From a virus: a stretch of 64,000 nucleotides of DNA. The position numbers and the translations under genes were made by a program. Shown here piece after piece: positions 46,039-57,296 of the stretch. Positions within the stretch are counted from its first letter, which is position 1. Every line of letters begins with the position of its first letter. Location: IMG/VR virus record IMGVR_UViG_3300007276_000043, positions 12,464 to 76,463 of that record; one strand, given 5' to 3'. The notes beneath the pieces were generated by a model. It searched no databases and was not told where the DNA came from. It saw nothing but the letters and a program-made list of their open reading frames with translations.

Positions 46039-49000
46039 TCAAGATCCACTCTTTATACAATCACTTAATTGCTGTCGATGCAAATCACTCATATTACTAC
46101 GACCAATAACATCCCTTAATGCTCTCAATTCACTACATAAGAGCCCCAATTGATCTGGTGAAATAGCAACTTGGCTGTAAGGGTCGCTTGGGTTTGCTGA
46201 AATACCAGCACTTCCGAGTGTCCCGGCACCTGTAGCACCAACGCCAATTGCTGTACCCGCAGGGGCACCAGTCGGACCAGTGGCTATCGCGGCGAGACCT
46301 GCTTTGCCGGGAACGCCAGCACTAACAGACGATTGTGCTTCTTCTGTTAGAGCCTCAGAAACAGGAACAGCGGCTTCTGCTATTTTACCCTGTGGTTTGA
46401 CTAATGTTTTGAGACCACCTGGTTCAAATTGTCCGATGGCAACTTCAGCATCAAGTTTTGCCAATTCCACAAGAGAAAAGAAATCATATGGCCAATTAAA
46501 AGTGTTTCTTGGAACTTCTTGAAGTTTATCGCCTTCTGTTCCTACTACAGATCTCCAATAATTGGTAGTTGCTCTTTGTTTTACCTTGAAAACCATCCAA
46601 CGAATTTTTGATGGTAACGGTGTTCCTTTATCGCTAGTATCCAATACTTTGCCACCAGGTTGTTGGAGGACCGTTGCTCCGCCGCCAAGAAGTTCTTGTG
46701 CTAACAATGGATGAGAAATTTCAGATCTGACTGCTTCAAATTTTGAAGTTATACTTGGATAAAGCCCTTGCCATATGTCTGCGAGGTCTTGTTTTGATAG
46801 TGTTTGTGAGAACTCAAATATATACATCGCGAAGGGCTCAATTGATTCCGTGGCTAAAAAGTCCATACTCGGTGGAAATACATAATCTCGCATTTTATTA
46901 ACCATATTTGTAACAGAATCACCTGTGCCGTTGTTGGATAAAATAGCATTTGTTATGTCTTTGCGAGGTATGTGGAAATATTTTCTAAGTCCCTCCGCTT
47001 CAATGAATGGAACCGCGACCACCGCTTCTTTAATAACTTTTTCATTGGCGACTTCTCCCATTCTCTTTGGTTTTGTTGAGAAGTCAAGTTGGTCTGCTAA
47101 TGACCGAATATTTCCAGTGTCTTTTTCAAGTATATTAGTTAACCAGTTTGAATCAATATCCTCAATCTGTAAAAAGACACCTTTTGCTTGGTCTTCTTCT
47201 ATTCTTCCATACTGATGCCACATTCCTCTTGGAACCGACTGGGAGGCGTTAAGAGGAAGTGTGACCGAAGTTTTTGAAGACAAGTGGGCAAAGTTTAACA
47301 TTGGGGACTCCCACTTACTTTGAATAACTAAGCGAGCAGTCTCTTCGTTAAGGTCTCCAGATTGATCTCTTTCAATAGAAAGAAGGTTAACGGAGGCACT
47401 CAATTGCAAAGCATTAGCATTATATGCGTAGTTTTGAGCATAAGCAGACTCTATCTTTTTCGGACTACCAGCAGGAATATCAAAAATATCTTCGCCTGTA
47501 TCTGTATTTGGATCAACATATCTATAATACGTTATGGAGGCAGATCTTTGAATATCTTTGGCGGTATAAATTCCGTCTTCTGTTGGCGTAAATTTAATAT
47601 CAGCCCAAGCTTGTCCGTGATAATAAGGAGGAGTAAAAGGGTAATTTTCCCCTTTACTGGATTTATTACCTATTTGAGTCTCGCTGGCGAAGACAACACT
47701 TCCACCTGTATATCCGACCCCTTGTGCTTCAATTAACGAAGGAGGACCAAATGCTGTTGGTCTTGAATACATTGTAAAATTCTCTGTAGAGTCAGCAGAA
47801 TATTGCGGGGCGGTAAAATATTTAGACCCAACACCACCAGAGACATTAGATATTTGAGCATCAGAAGTGGTTTTATACATCTTTACTCGCATCATATAAT
47901 CTTTGCCTGCTTCAAACTGTTTTAATTCATTTGACGGCTTAGAGAAAAATGTAGTATAATTCTTATTTTGTAAGAAAAAGTTTGATGTCTCTGATAAAAA
48001 ATTATGAGTCATCAAGGTGTATAGTCTGTCTCCAGCAACAGAATTTAATGTTGCTGAGGAAGAGTGGTTAGCAATAATATCTGGTTCGTTACAAAACAAT
48101 TCAACACCCTGTAAGGTCTCTGGTTTTATGATTGCTTCAAATGGTATTCGTTTATCAAATATTAGACCCTCTCCATTATTTATTGAGTATCTATTCTCGT
48201 TGCTAGCCAGAGAACCACTATAAGAACAATAGTAGTCGCTACCAGAAACAAATACTCTTTTGTTTGCTGATCCTGATTCTTTCAATGACCCATTGATTAA
48301 AGGATAGTCAACTGCCACACCAGATTTGATTGAATTATACATAATCCCTGGGGCAAATAAAGGTGCAAGAATGTTTTGGAAAGTAATTTTTGCTGGTCCA
48401 CCGGCAAAACCTCCTGTTCCTGATCCTGATGCTGCTAAAGAAGCACTATAAGAAGTAAAAAACTGCTGGGCTATTTGCACTGTTCTCTGTTGTGGGTAAA
48501 AACCCTCATAAGGAAGTAACTTTTTAATTGCTTTGCATTTTAAAGTTATTTTTAATGGCTCTCCCATACTTTCGTTGTCGTTTAGAACCATTTCAAAGTT
48601 TTTCATAAAATCAGAATTTGAATAAATTTGATAAAAATTGTCTTCGTTGGAGCCAGTTGTGCTTGATAGACCTCCGTTCAATTCAAAAATATTTAAATTT
48701 TCATCAATCGGAGACTTTGTTTCATAAAAAGAAACATGATTTGATATTCTAAATTCTGGTATGATTGTATGGTCTTTTCCAAGCTGTCTTGGTCCTTGTA
48801 TGAAATCTCCATAAGAATCATAAAATGGGTTTTTACCTGATTGTGATCCTGCTTCCCATTTTGCCTCTCCGGAAGGGACGGAATAATCTGCATCCAGATC
48901 GCTAAACAAAGATCCGCTATTGACGCCTTCAACTTCCATTCCATTTATATTGACTGCGGAAGAGAGTGGAGTGATTGTGTGTTTTCTATTATAAATTGGA

Positions 49001-50052
49001 GCAGGTCTTAAATAAAGATCTAAAAAGTTAAATGCCGTAGAAGAAGAAAGGGCTCCAGCACCATAGGAATATTGGTTTTGTAAAATACCATAATCTGTTT
49101 TACCTGGGTTTATTATATCGAGAACATTTTTGTCCCAACCATACCACTTAGACGCTCTTTCGTTTGTAGTGTCAATCGCTTGAGTGTTCCAATTTCTATA
49201 GGCATCCATAGTCCAAACACTTTGAGACACTTCTGCTCCAAAGCCATTATCAACTTGATCAATTGGGGTCCTGTTTGATCTATTATCTCGCCAAGGAAAT
49301 GTGAATGTTGTTCTTTGTCTCACATAATTCTTATATGTGTGAAGCTGTGGGGGATAAACTGTTTCTCCGTAAGTCATAATCTCAAAGATATCAAGAGGGC
49401 TTTTCCCTCCAAGCAGGGCTCCATTTAAATAAAGTTCTTTTGCATCTTCATACAAGTCTGGGGTTATATTGACTAAACCCAATTCTTCGTTTAATTGTGC
49501 ATTATTAAATTGAGAAATTGCATTTCCGAGTGGGGCTGCTATGCTTACTCTTTTTGTCCCTTTTTCTGTGATTGTAGAGCCATAAACAACAACAGGTTTA
49601 AACTTTGAAAGCACAGGAGTTTCAGAAAATTTTAAAATAGGACCATATTTTGCTTTCTGTGATCTTGTTTTGCTGTTTCTTGTAAAAGTAAATTCTGGTC
49701 CTGGTTCTTGGACAATTGTTAAGATATTTTCTTTGACTTGTCTACGAGTAAGTGGATTTTGACCAACTCTTATTTGTCTCCAGGTTGGAAAACCATATGG
49801 TCCATTTCTATGAAGCATAAGAGCGGGGAAGAATGATGCTGTTGTTGGTAAATGATGTGAAAAAATAAAATTTTTATAATTTGATAAAACAGCATTAGAT
49901 TCTAGTGTCTCTGGTATGCCGATTATATTTTGCTCTTTATCAATAGAAGCACCACTTGTGAGTGTTTCGGATAGATCTTCAACTATATCCCAACCCACGG
50001 GTTCATATATAAATGTATTTAATCCGACAAAATCTTGATAATATTTAGCCAT
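46039..50052 (-). CDS. Large virion structural protein, 1337 aa
   Basis: Uninterrupted ORF in baseplate block; Ser/Gly rich; Gly/Ala-rich C-terminal linker. Confidence 0.6.
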   Translation of the reverse strand: MAKYYQDFVGLNTFIYEPVGWDIVEDLSETLTSGASIDKEQNIIGIPETLESNAVLSNYKNFIFSHHLPTTASFFPALMLHRNGPYGFPTWRQIRVGQNPLTRRQVKENILTIVQEPGPEFTFTRNSKTRSQKAKYGPILKFSETPVLSKFKPVVVYGSTITEKGTKRVSIAAPLGNAISQFNNAQLNEELGLVNITPDLYEDAKELYLNGALLGGKSPLDIFEIMTYGETVYPPQLHTYKNYVRQRTTFTFPWRDNRSNRTPIDQVDNGFGAEVSQSVWTMDAYRNWNTQAIDTTNERASKWYGWDKNVLDIINPGKTDYGILQNQYSYGAGALSSSTAFNFLDLYLRPAPIYNRKHTITPLSSAVNINGMEVEGVNSGSLFSDLDADYSVPSGEAKWEAGSQSGKNPFYDSYGDFIQGPRQLGKDHTIIPEFRISNHVSFYETKSPIDENLNIFELNGGLSSTTGSNEDNFYQIYSNSDFMKNFEMVLNDNESMGEPLKITLKCKAIKKLLPYEGFYPQQRTVQIAQQFFTSYSASLAASGSGTGGFAGGPAKITFQNILAPLFAPGIMYNSIKSGVAVDYPLINGSLKESGSANKRVFVSGSDYYCSYSGSLASNENRYSINNGEGLIFDKRIPFEAIIKPETLQGVELFCNEPDIIANHSSSATLNSVAGDRLYTLMTHNFLSETSNFFLQNKNYTTFFSKPSNELKQFEAGKDYMMRVKMYKTTSDAQISNVSGGVGSKYFTAPQYSADSTENFTMYSRPTAFGPPSLIEAQGVGYTGGSVVFASETQIGNKSSKGENYPFTPPYYHGQAWADIKFTPTEDGIYTAKDIQRSASITYYRYVDPNTDTGEDIFDIPAGSPKKIESAYAQNYAYNANALQLSASVNLLSIERDQSGDLNEETARLVIQSKWESPMLNFAHLSSKTSVTLPLNASQSVPRGMWHQYGRIEEDQAKGVFLQIEDIDSNWLTNILEKDTGNIRSLADQLDFSTKPKRMGEVANEKVIKEAVVAVPFIEAEGLRKYFHIPRKDITNAILSNNGTGDSVTNMVNKMRDYVFPPSMDFLATESIEPFAMYIFEFSQTLSKQDLADIWQGLYPSITSKFEAVRSEISHPLLAQELLGGGATVLQQPGGKVLDTSDKGTPLPSKIRWMVFKVKQRATTNYWRSVVGTEGDKLQEVPRNTFNWPYDFFSLVELAKLDAEVAIGQFEPGGLKTLVKPQGKIAEAAVPVSEALTEEAQSSVSAGVPGKAGLAAIATGPTGAPAGTAIGVGATGAGTLGSAGISANPSDPYSQVAISPDQLGLLCSELRALRDVIGRSNMSDLHRQQLSDCIKSGS

Positions 50053-50053
50053 T

Positions 50054-53000
50054 CTATTCTCCGAAAATCTCTGAAGCGGTTGGGAAGTTTATCGCTGGAA
50101 CAAAACCAGAATCCCCTCCTATAATTACTGACGAACTCAAAATTCCATCTCTTGGCGAATAACCATATATTCTTTGGTTTCCACTTGTAACTGAATAATT
50201 ATTACCTAATGAGGAAGTTACCCAACCATATTGGAAGTCAGATTGGGGTATTGGTGAGTTCACAAAAGCATTATCAAAATTATCCGTAAGGACCGGGGAT
50301 AACACCGTTGAGTTATCCGCTGGTATTTTTCTTCCGTTTCTTTGAATCTTATGAAAATTAGGAACAACGACATAACTTTCAGCAACAGGATTAGCGTGTT
50401 GCGAATCTGCTCCAAACTGACCGCAGTGTCTTCTTAAAAGTGTTTGTAAGCCTTCACGATAGTTGTTTTGACTGTTCATTCGGATTGTACCGGCTTCGCC
50501 ACTTCCAGAAGAACGAACAGTATAGTTTCTATAATTTAAATTATTATATACTGAGTATTCTCTCGCATAAACATCAAGGTATCCGAGGGAATTTACTTCG
50601 ATACCGCCGGGTGCGGAAAATCGTGAAGTAATGATTGTGTTTGTAACCGACGATGTAATGACGGCATTAACTACATCTAAGGCACTTCTTGTATCTCCAC
50701 CTGTTGAGGAGCCACCATCGACAGCCACAAATGTTCTATAACTGTTTCCGGGGTCTGGGACAGGGGTATAGCCAGAAGCTTGAATTTCAAGCAAAGAATC
50801 GCCAGTGCTAGATGTGATTCCTATTGTCGCCTTACCAACAGAAGGAACATCGGCATAGATATTAAAAGAATAATTTGTATTAAAGTAAGAGTCTGCTTGA
50901 ATAGCACCGGTAACATTTGCAAAAAATTCAGCATTAGAGGAGCCAGTTAATATAGCATTTGAACCGGGAGTTACTCCCCCACCAAGTTCTATTTCAATTA
51001 TAACAGATGCTCCTGCAACATTTGCGATTCTCAATCGGTCTGCATCAACAACGGAAGAACTTGTTTCTATAATAAAAGATCCGCTGTGTAATACTTCTGT
51101 TGTTGGTACGACTACTAACGAACCTGTGTCTGGTTGCCTGTTATTTTGATAAACACCAAAAACATTCCCCGAAACAAATGGTGCTTGTCCAAATAAGGAC
51201 ATTGGGTGTGTTGTTTCTGGTAGGATTGAGCCAATTGAAGTCGGTAGATAAAGAGACTGTTCTGGGTTCTTGACCAAATATAGGTTGTTTTCGTGCTTTC
51301 CGAAGCTTTGAACAATTTCGTGATTTTCTTTGTAGTTTCCGTGAGTAAAGAAAGGACTTCCGCCAGTATTTGTTTTAATATTTTTAATATTAACTGGTCT
51401 TTTTGCTCTTTCTTCTCGATAGTATGTTGCACCTTTTCTTGCAGGGTCGGGATATGGGCTACCATAGTCTGCCCCTACGAACCCAAAAGCACCGTCAGAT
51501 CCAGTATATTCACTGAATAATATTTGCCATGCTTCTTCGCGTGTATATTCATCATGGAGACCATTTAGAGGAGCAAGTCCAGTTTCATCAGACAACCTAA
51601 GTGAATCATAATAATTCAAATCTACATGACGATGTTGATGACCGCCGACCCAATTTTGAGTAAATGAACCTTGCATTGGGATTTCATTTGTATAATCTGT
51701 CGTGTCGGAATGAATATTTGTTATAATCGACTCGCTGTGAAAATGTTCTGCCACAACCGCATTATACCCTGAATTAACCGAACCTGATATGATATTGACA
51801 GGCATTTTTTCTGATCCAAATGTGAAATAATAAGAATCATTTTCGCTGCTTGGTCCACTTGGGTGGACTAAATCATTTGTATATTTTCCAACATATCCTT
51901 CTACATTTGTTCTTTTTTTCAAATTAGGGCTTACTGGATCGTCACATTGTTTTGGATCAATGATACCTTTTCCAGTTCCTGAACCTACCAAAAAAGTATT
52001 TAAAGGAACACCAGAATCACTAATTGCACCGGCCCTATCAACAAGATTGTGGATGATGTTTCTATCTTTATTTGGTGGATAATTTATACCACCATGAATT
52101 ATATGTTTTAAAATCTTTTCCAACCTATAGGGCTTAGAAAGCGTCCTAAAAACATAAGCGGAGCCTTGATAAGTTGAACCGTTTGTTTGAAAAAAGTTAG
52201 GTAATTCAGAGTCACTGTGTTTATTGATAGATTTTCTTATTGTTTCGCGATCCGATAAATCTGTTCTTTCTTTTCTTTCTTTTTGCCATAAACAATTATT
52301 ATTATCTCCGCCTTCGATTGGAGCATGGCCTGTTTTCCAATTATAATTTAATTCTGCTTGACCTTTTGCCGAGCCTTCGGTTGAAGCATATCTTGTTGTA
52401 ATTGGAAACTTATTTTGATATTTGTTTCTTTCCAAAACATGACTATCGATAACGTTTGTCACACCGCCGGAGAAACGAGCACTTACAGGAAACAGGTCCT
52501 CTATAATACGAGAGATTGAAGTATCAATCCATTTAAAGTATTCCATATAACGGTCAAGGTCAGGTGTACCGCTCACTCTTTCAAAAAACAATCTTCTCAA
52601 GACACTTAAGTCTTTATATTCCATTCGATATTTGTCTACTGGTTTTCCAACAAGGTTACTGAATTCTGTTATAGAAGAGAACATATTTAAGATTTCTTCA
52701 GAAATTGATTGATACATGCTTTTCTCAAGAGCATAAAAATTATCAGATACATCTTCGTCTTTTACAAAAAATACTTCTTTATCACCCTTTACATTTACAT
52801 TATCCGATATAACAGAGATTTCTGGTAGCTCTTTCTTTTGAGAGAAAATAAATTCATTGGAAACAAAAGAAGTTTTGCTTGTTCCAAAATTAGCACCTCG
52901 TCCTCTATGTTCGCGACGAATAATATTGTCTATCCAACCATAAATTGTATCAGTTGATCCACTCGAAAAGTCTTCTACTATAAAATCACCACTAGAATTA

Positions 53001-55744
53001 GAACCAGTGACTGTATCGAAATTCCAATTTATTGCTAATAAATCAGCACTTGGAATAGATGCAGATAGTTGATATGCAAAAGCAGTAGGCGGCCTAATAT
53101 CTTCACCAGATCCGTAATTTGAAGGGTCGAGATTATGCTGCTGTATGATTGACTTATTTAGATAATCTTCATATAATCTAAAAGAGCCAATTTGTATATC
53201 TGATCTTTGATCTACCGCGCCAGTAAAGTTTGTTGTATGAGCACCAACATAAAATCTCTTTGTATTAGAAAGAAAACTAGATCCGCTAGCATAGTCTAAA
53301 CTAGCAGTCAATAAAAATTCGGATCTTACAACATCAAAATCATGATTTACGCCATAAAATTCTATCGTATATGTTGGGTTTGTTGTAGATATTATATTTC
53401 CAACCAATTCATATTTATCGGGCCTCACACTAACTGCAAGGTTCCACCTTTGATTGTCATAAATGTCAGATACCATGCTAGAAGTTAATTCTATTGTTCC
53501 AGATTGATTTTTTATAAGAAATTTAGCATTTTTAGATTCTCTTTCTTCGCGAACCAAGTATATTTGCAAGTTGGCTATTTCACTTGTAACCCAAGTATAA
53601 TCATCAACATCAGTGGGAATTGCTTCGTGAAAACCAAAGATTGATGAAGATAGAAATGTTGTTTGAAAATACCCACTTTTGTGCTCTGGTATCTTAAAAG
53701 GAACAATGATATCTGCTTCTGCTGTAAATGCAGAATATCTTTCTAATTTTTCAGTACCAGAGCCAGAGACAAACGTATTTGTGCTACTTACCGAAGAAGT
53801 CTGATATATGGTTGACGGGAAATAATTTGGATCATTAAAGTTTATATATTTTGTATTAAGAGAAGATCGTTTTGTTTTATCATTAAAATAGTGTGTACCA
53901 CCATCGGTATAAATATTTAACTTTATAAGCTCGTCGTCAACACCAAAACTACGAAGAAGGTTTCTTACTGATTTTTCGGTTCCCTTGGATTTATAAATGT
54001 GTTCTAAGTTGTTGTAAATGTTAGTATAAATGAGATTTTTAACTTCTGATATGTCTTTCTCATAAATAACTTGATTAGAATCTCTATCACCAAATCTTTC
54101 CAAAATTTTAGAATCTACAAAAAGATTATTAACAGTTATTCCTCTCTCTGTAAGCAGTCTATCTGCAAATGGGAGCGGCTTTTTATCGGATTCAATATAT
54201 TTCTTTTCTTTTAACTTTGGTATCTCTGTAATTTGTGCATGTAATGTGTCGAAATAGTTTGATATAATTTGAAACAAATATTTAACATTATTATTACTCG
54301 CTTCGTCTTCTTCCCGAATCCAGCTTGGAACACTATTGAATATCATGTTTCCATTTTCTTGATCCCAATCAGAACCAGAAGTTTGCATTTCAGAAAGAAT
54401 ACTAACAACATTAGGATGTGTGCTATAAATAATAGGGTCGGCGACCTCAGAGGAAACGAGACCTGATTCAGTAAATGCAGAATCGGTTGAGCGAGCACCA
54501 GAAGAATAACCAGTCCAAGAGCCATTTGCAATTCGACCAGAATAATCTAGTACAACAGAGTCTGTCGCTGAAGCTCCAACAACACCTTCATTAAATTTAT
54601 AATAAACACCAAGTTTTACATTTGCATCGTCTGTGTTGGTTCCTCCACCGATGCCGCGATACCAATTGTTGTGAATTTCTTCTGAGGTTCTCCGAGTTTT
54701 CCAAAAGCGGAAATCATCAAGAGAAGCAGAAAGTTTACCAGCGAACTTTAATTGATTTATTGTAAGAGCACCGACACTGGAGGAAGGAGAAGCCTGTAAA
54801 GCTCCAATATATCCGTTAACCAATCCTGAGAAGTCACCGAATCCTGTTGTTCCCAATGTTCTCTCGTCGTCTAAATTACCATTTTGATATAGCCGAGAAG
54901 TGATCCCAGAAGAGGCAGAAACAAGGCTTAGAGCATAATGTGACCAGTTTGCGAGCGATCCGGTAGTGATATTAGACGAGCCAATAAGTTGCTCAAAAAC
55001 TCCCGTAGAGCCCGATTGTAGGGTAATTCTAAATGGTTGATTTGAGCCTGCGCCAGCACCGGGCGAACTTGTAAGATTGAGAGTTAAGCGACCATAATCA
55101 GCCGATGAAGATAATTCTCCATTCCAAAGGTCAAGAATAACTTCTTTCTCTGTTTTTGCAATATCGAAGGCACTCTTTTTAAGCCAAAATTCAATCGTGA
55201 CTCCTTCGGAGCCGTTAATATCATAAGTGATAGTTCTATTTTTTGTAGAATCATAAACAACTGATTTATCAAATGTTTCTCGTAATGGCTTACCTTCCAT
55301 TCCAGCAGAAGCTGTGTGCATTCCACCGCGAGAATAAATATATTCGTAATCTGCTACGGCATTAGGGAGCCCATATCCATCGGTTATAGAAGCAGCGGTT
55401 CCCCACCCTCCATAAGAAAAATTAACATATCCCGTTGTCTTTGGATATTTGTTATCAAAAACCCACTTATCAAGATATGACGAGGACAATTCAAACAATA
55501 TTTTTTCTTTCTCGGACCCATCATACGGATAATCTCCGTAAATCCTTTCTATTGTTTGAGTATAATATTCATAAGCAGAACCGTATTTAGCAAAGTTGGA
55601 AGCCGTTGCAAAATCAACACTTGGTTGAAAGGTTTCATTTTGAACAATTTTTGTGTTAATAAAATCAAATGATTCAACAGCGGAACTACCGGTTGTTGCA
55701 TTTTCAAAAGTTGCTGATTTGTTAAAAAGGTCTTTAATACTCAT
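50054..55744 (-). CDS. Very large baseplate-associated protein with LamG-like domains, 1896 aa
   Basis: TIEFWLK...WSHYALS...LDDFRFWKTRR...YYKFNEG; IYKSKGTEKSVRNLLRSFG wedge-type motif. Confidence 0.65.
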   Translation of the reverse strand: MSIKDLFNKSATFENATTGSSAVESFDFINTKIVQNETFQPSVDFATASNFAKYGSAYEYYTQTIERIYGDYPYDGSEKEKILFELSSSYLDKWVFDNKYPKTTGYVNFSYGGWGTAASITDGYGLPNAVADYEYIYSRGGMHTASAGMEGKPLRETFDKSVVYDSTKNRTITYDINGSEGVTIEFWLKKSAFDIAKTEKEVILDLWNGELSSSADYGRLTLNLTSSPGAGAGSNQPFRITLQSGSTGVFEQLIGSSNITTGSLANWSHYALSLVSASSGITSRLYQNGNLDDERTLGTTGFGDFSGLVNGYIGALQASPSSSVGALTINQLKFAGKLSASLDDFRFWKTRRTSEEIHNNWYRGIGGGTNTDDANVKLGVYYKFNEGVVGASATDSVVLDYSGRIANGSWTGYSSGARSTDSAFTESGLVSSEVADPIIYSTHPNVVSILSEMQTSGSDWDQENGNMIFNSVPSWIREEDEASNNNVKYLFQIISNYFDTLHAQITEIPKLKEKKYIESDKKPLPFADRLLTERGITVNNLFVDSKILERFGDRDSNQVIYEKDISEVKNLIYTNIYNNLEHIYKSKGTEKSVRNLLRSFGVDDELIKLNIYTDGGTHYFNDKTKRSSLNTKYINFNDPNYFPSTIYQTSSVSSTNTFVSGSGTEKLERYSAFTAEADIIVPFKIPEHKSGYFQTTFLSSSIFGFHEAIPTDVDDYTWVTSEIANLQIYLVREERESKNAKFLIKNQSGTIELTSSMVSDIYDNQRWNLAVSVRPDKYELVGNIISTTNPTYTIEFYGVNHDFDVVRSEFLLTASLDYASGSSFLSNTKRFYVGAHTTNFTGAVDQRSDIQIGSFRLYEDYLNKSIIQQHNLDPSNYGSGEDIRPPTAFAYQLSASIPSADLLAINWNFDTVTGSNSSGDFIVEDFSSGSTDTIYGWIDNIIRREHRGRGANFGTSKTSFVSNEFIFSQKKELPEISVISDNVNVKGDKEVFFVKDEDVSDNFYALEKSMYQSISEEILNMFSSITEFSNLVGKPVDKYRMEYKDLSVLRRLFFERVSGTPDLDRYMEYFKWIDTSISRIIEDLFPVSARFSGGVTNVIDSHVLERNKYQNKFPITTRYASTEGSAKGQAELNYNWKTGHAPIEGGDNNNCLWQKERKERTDLSDRETIRKSINKHSDSELPNFFQTNGSTYQGSAYVFRTLSKPYRLEKILKHIIHGGINYPPNKDRNIIHNLVDRAGAISDSGVPLNTFLVGSGTGKGIIDPKQCDDPVSPNLKKRTNVEGYVGKYTNDLVHPSGPSSENDSYYFTFGSEKMPVNIISGSVNSGYNAVVAEHFHSESIITNIHSDTTDYTNEIPMQGSFTQNWVGGHQHRHVDLNYYDSLRLSDETGLAPLNGLHDEYTREEAWQILFSEYTGSDGAFGFVGADYGSPYPDPARKGATYYREERAKRPVNIKNIKTNTGGSPFFTHGNYKENHEIVQSFGKHENNLYLVKNPEQSLYLPTSIGSILPETTHPMSLFGQAPFVSGNVFGVYQNNRQPDTGSLVVVPTTEVLHSGSFIIETSSSVVDADRLRIANVAGASVIIEIELGGGVTPGSNAILTGSSNAEFFANVTGAIQADSYFNTNYSFNIYADVPSVGKATIGITSSTGDSLLEIQASGYTPVPDPGNSYRTFVAVDGGSSTGGDTRSALDVVNAVITSSVTNTIITSRFSAPGGIEVNSLGYLDVYAREYSVYNNLNYRNYTVRSSGSGEAGTIRMNSQNNYREGLQTLLRRHCGQFGADSQHANPVAESYVVVPNFHKIQRNGRKIPADNSTVLSPVLTDNFDNAFVNSPIPQSDFQYGWVTSSLGNNYSVTSGNQRIYGYSPRDGILSSSVIIGGDSGFVPAINFPTASEIFGE

Positions 55745-57296
55745 CTTTTTCTACTCTGAACTTGAACAAATATGGCTGCTCTCTATAAGAGGAGACCGAA
55801 TCTTCGTAAAAACTATACTGAAATGCGTAAGTGTATCCTGCTTCAAGCATGGTTAAGTCAAGATCAAAATAATTACCAGAAACATCATAAGACAACATAG
55901 AGTAGTTGTTATCGCTTGAGCCAGTGCCATAAGGAATAACAATCTTTTGATCAATTGTTCTAATCACTTGATATGAAGCACTTTCAATAATTAAGGTTGG
56001 GACATTTGCTTGTGCTTTTGTATAAATATTTGGGCACCAATTCTTGTCTCTCACATACAGCTTAAATCTTTCTGTTTCTGCGTTAGAATATGATTCTTTA
56101 AGATAAGGCATTGAAACAACATATTTCCCATTTGGATTGATGTTTGAAGCTTCCAAAGTGATTGGCTCTATTGTTCCTGTGTGGAACTGAATTGATGCAG
56201 ATGAGGCATTTGCTATGGCATCAGATCCGCTAAACCAAACATCATAAACTGTTTCCAAATCTGAGGAGCCTGTGGTGGCTAAAGAACACTTATATATACC
56301 GGTTGAAACATGACTCCCTGTTGCAGCAAATTGATTGTCACTGCTAACATGTGTTCCATCTGCGACTAAACTTAATGGATGACCGGTTGGAGTGGTATTA
56401 TCCGAAGAACCAGAATAGAGGCTAACATATATACTATCTGTTCCAATACTTGGTATATCTTTCAACCTACCTCTAACATAATTATATAAAAAGACTGTGT
56501 TCAAATTATCAGCAGCAGGGGCAAGCGATGAACTAAAAAAGAAAGTTCCACGTTGATCTTTTAAAGTAGAATCCCACCTTGCTTCAAGAGTTGGTTTTTT
56601 AAAAAAGAATTCACTACCTCTTGCGAAGAATTGCTTAGTGTAATAGGATACAACCGCTCCTTCAAGGTTTGTTGAGCTTGTTGCTTCATAAGAAGCTGAT
56701 AGTTTTACTAAAACGCCATTGTTGGTTTTTGATCCAAGAACATTGCCGCCACTATTAATCCACTGTTCGACGAGCGTTGTGATATCAACAGATAAATCTT
56801 CAGTCCCAATAGGAAACGATTGTTCAAAAGAAGAACTAGAGTCTGTATAAATATCTCCGCCAGCGGTAGTCCAAGAGGTGCTACCTGCTTTTCTTATCCA
56901 ATTTGACCCTATTTTGTCATAAGTTAAATCTGTATAATTGTCCAAATCTAAACCATAGCCCTCTTCCCAAACTCCATTGATAGCATTAACAGTTAATTTA
57001 AAGTCTCTTGGTAAAGTCGTGGAGTGTGGAGCATTATATAAATTTAAGAAGAAATTAACACTACCAGAAGCCGGTATGGTTCCTGCTGTTCTATCAGAGG
57101 AAATATCTGAAATTGGGAATTGAACTAAAATTCTGGATAATTCAGAAGATCCAGAAGATTCTTGACCATAAATTGAAAATGTCTCCAAAACATCAGCGGC
57201 ACCAGCATTTGATCCGGTTCCTCTAGTTTGCAAATTTGATTCAAATGCATTTGTTATAGAGTTGTCTGCATTCGCTGTGTATCTTTTAATAGCCAT
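55734..57296 (-). CDS. Virion protein with DNRLRE-like domain
   Basis: SRILVQF, WEEGYG, W.TAGGD, VDITTLVEQW, NNGVLVK, PTLEARW. Confidence 0.6.
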   Translation of the reverse strand: MAIKRYTANADNSITNAFESNLQTRGTGSNAGAADVLETFSIYGQESSGSSELSRILVQFPISDISSDRTAGTIPASGSVNFFLNLYNAPHSTTLPRDFKLTVNAINGVWEEGYGLDLDNYTDLTYDKIGSNWIRKAGSTSWTTAGGDIYTDSSSSFEQSFPIGTEDLSVDITTLVEQWINSGGNVLGSKTNNGVLVKLSASYEATSSTNLEGAVVSYYTKQFFARGSEFFFKKPTLEARWDSTLKDQRGTFFFSSSLAPAADNLNTVFLYNYVRGRLKDIPSIGTDSIYVSLYSGSSDNTTPTGHPLSLVADGTHVSSDNQFAATGSHVSTGIYKCSLATTGSSDLETVYDVWFSGSDAIANASSASIQFHTGTIEPITLEASNINPNGKYVVSMPYLKESYSNAETERFKLYVRDKNWCPNIYTKAQANVPTLIIESASYQVIRTIDQKIVIPYGTGSSDNNYSMLSYDVSGNYFDLDLTMLEAGYTYAFQYSFYEDSVSSYREQPYLFKFRVEKDEY

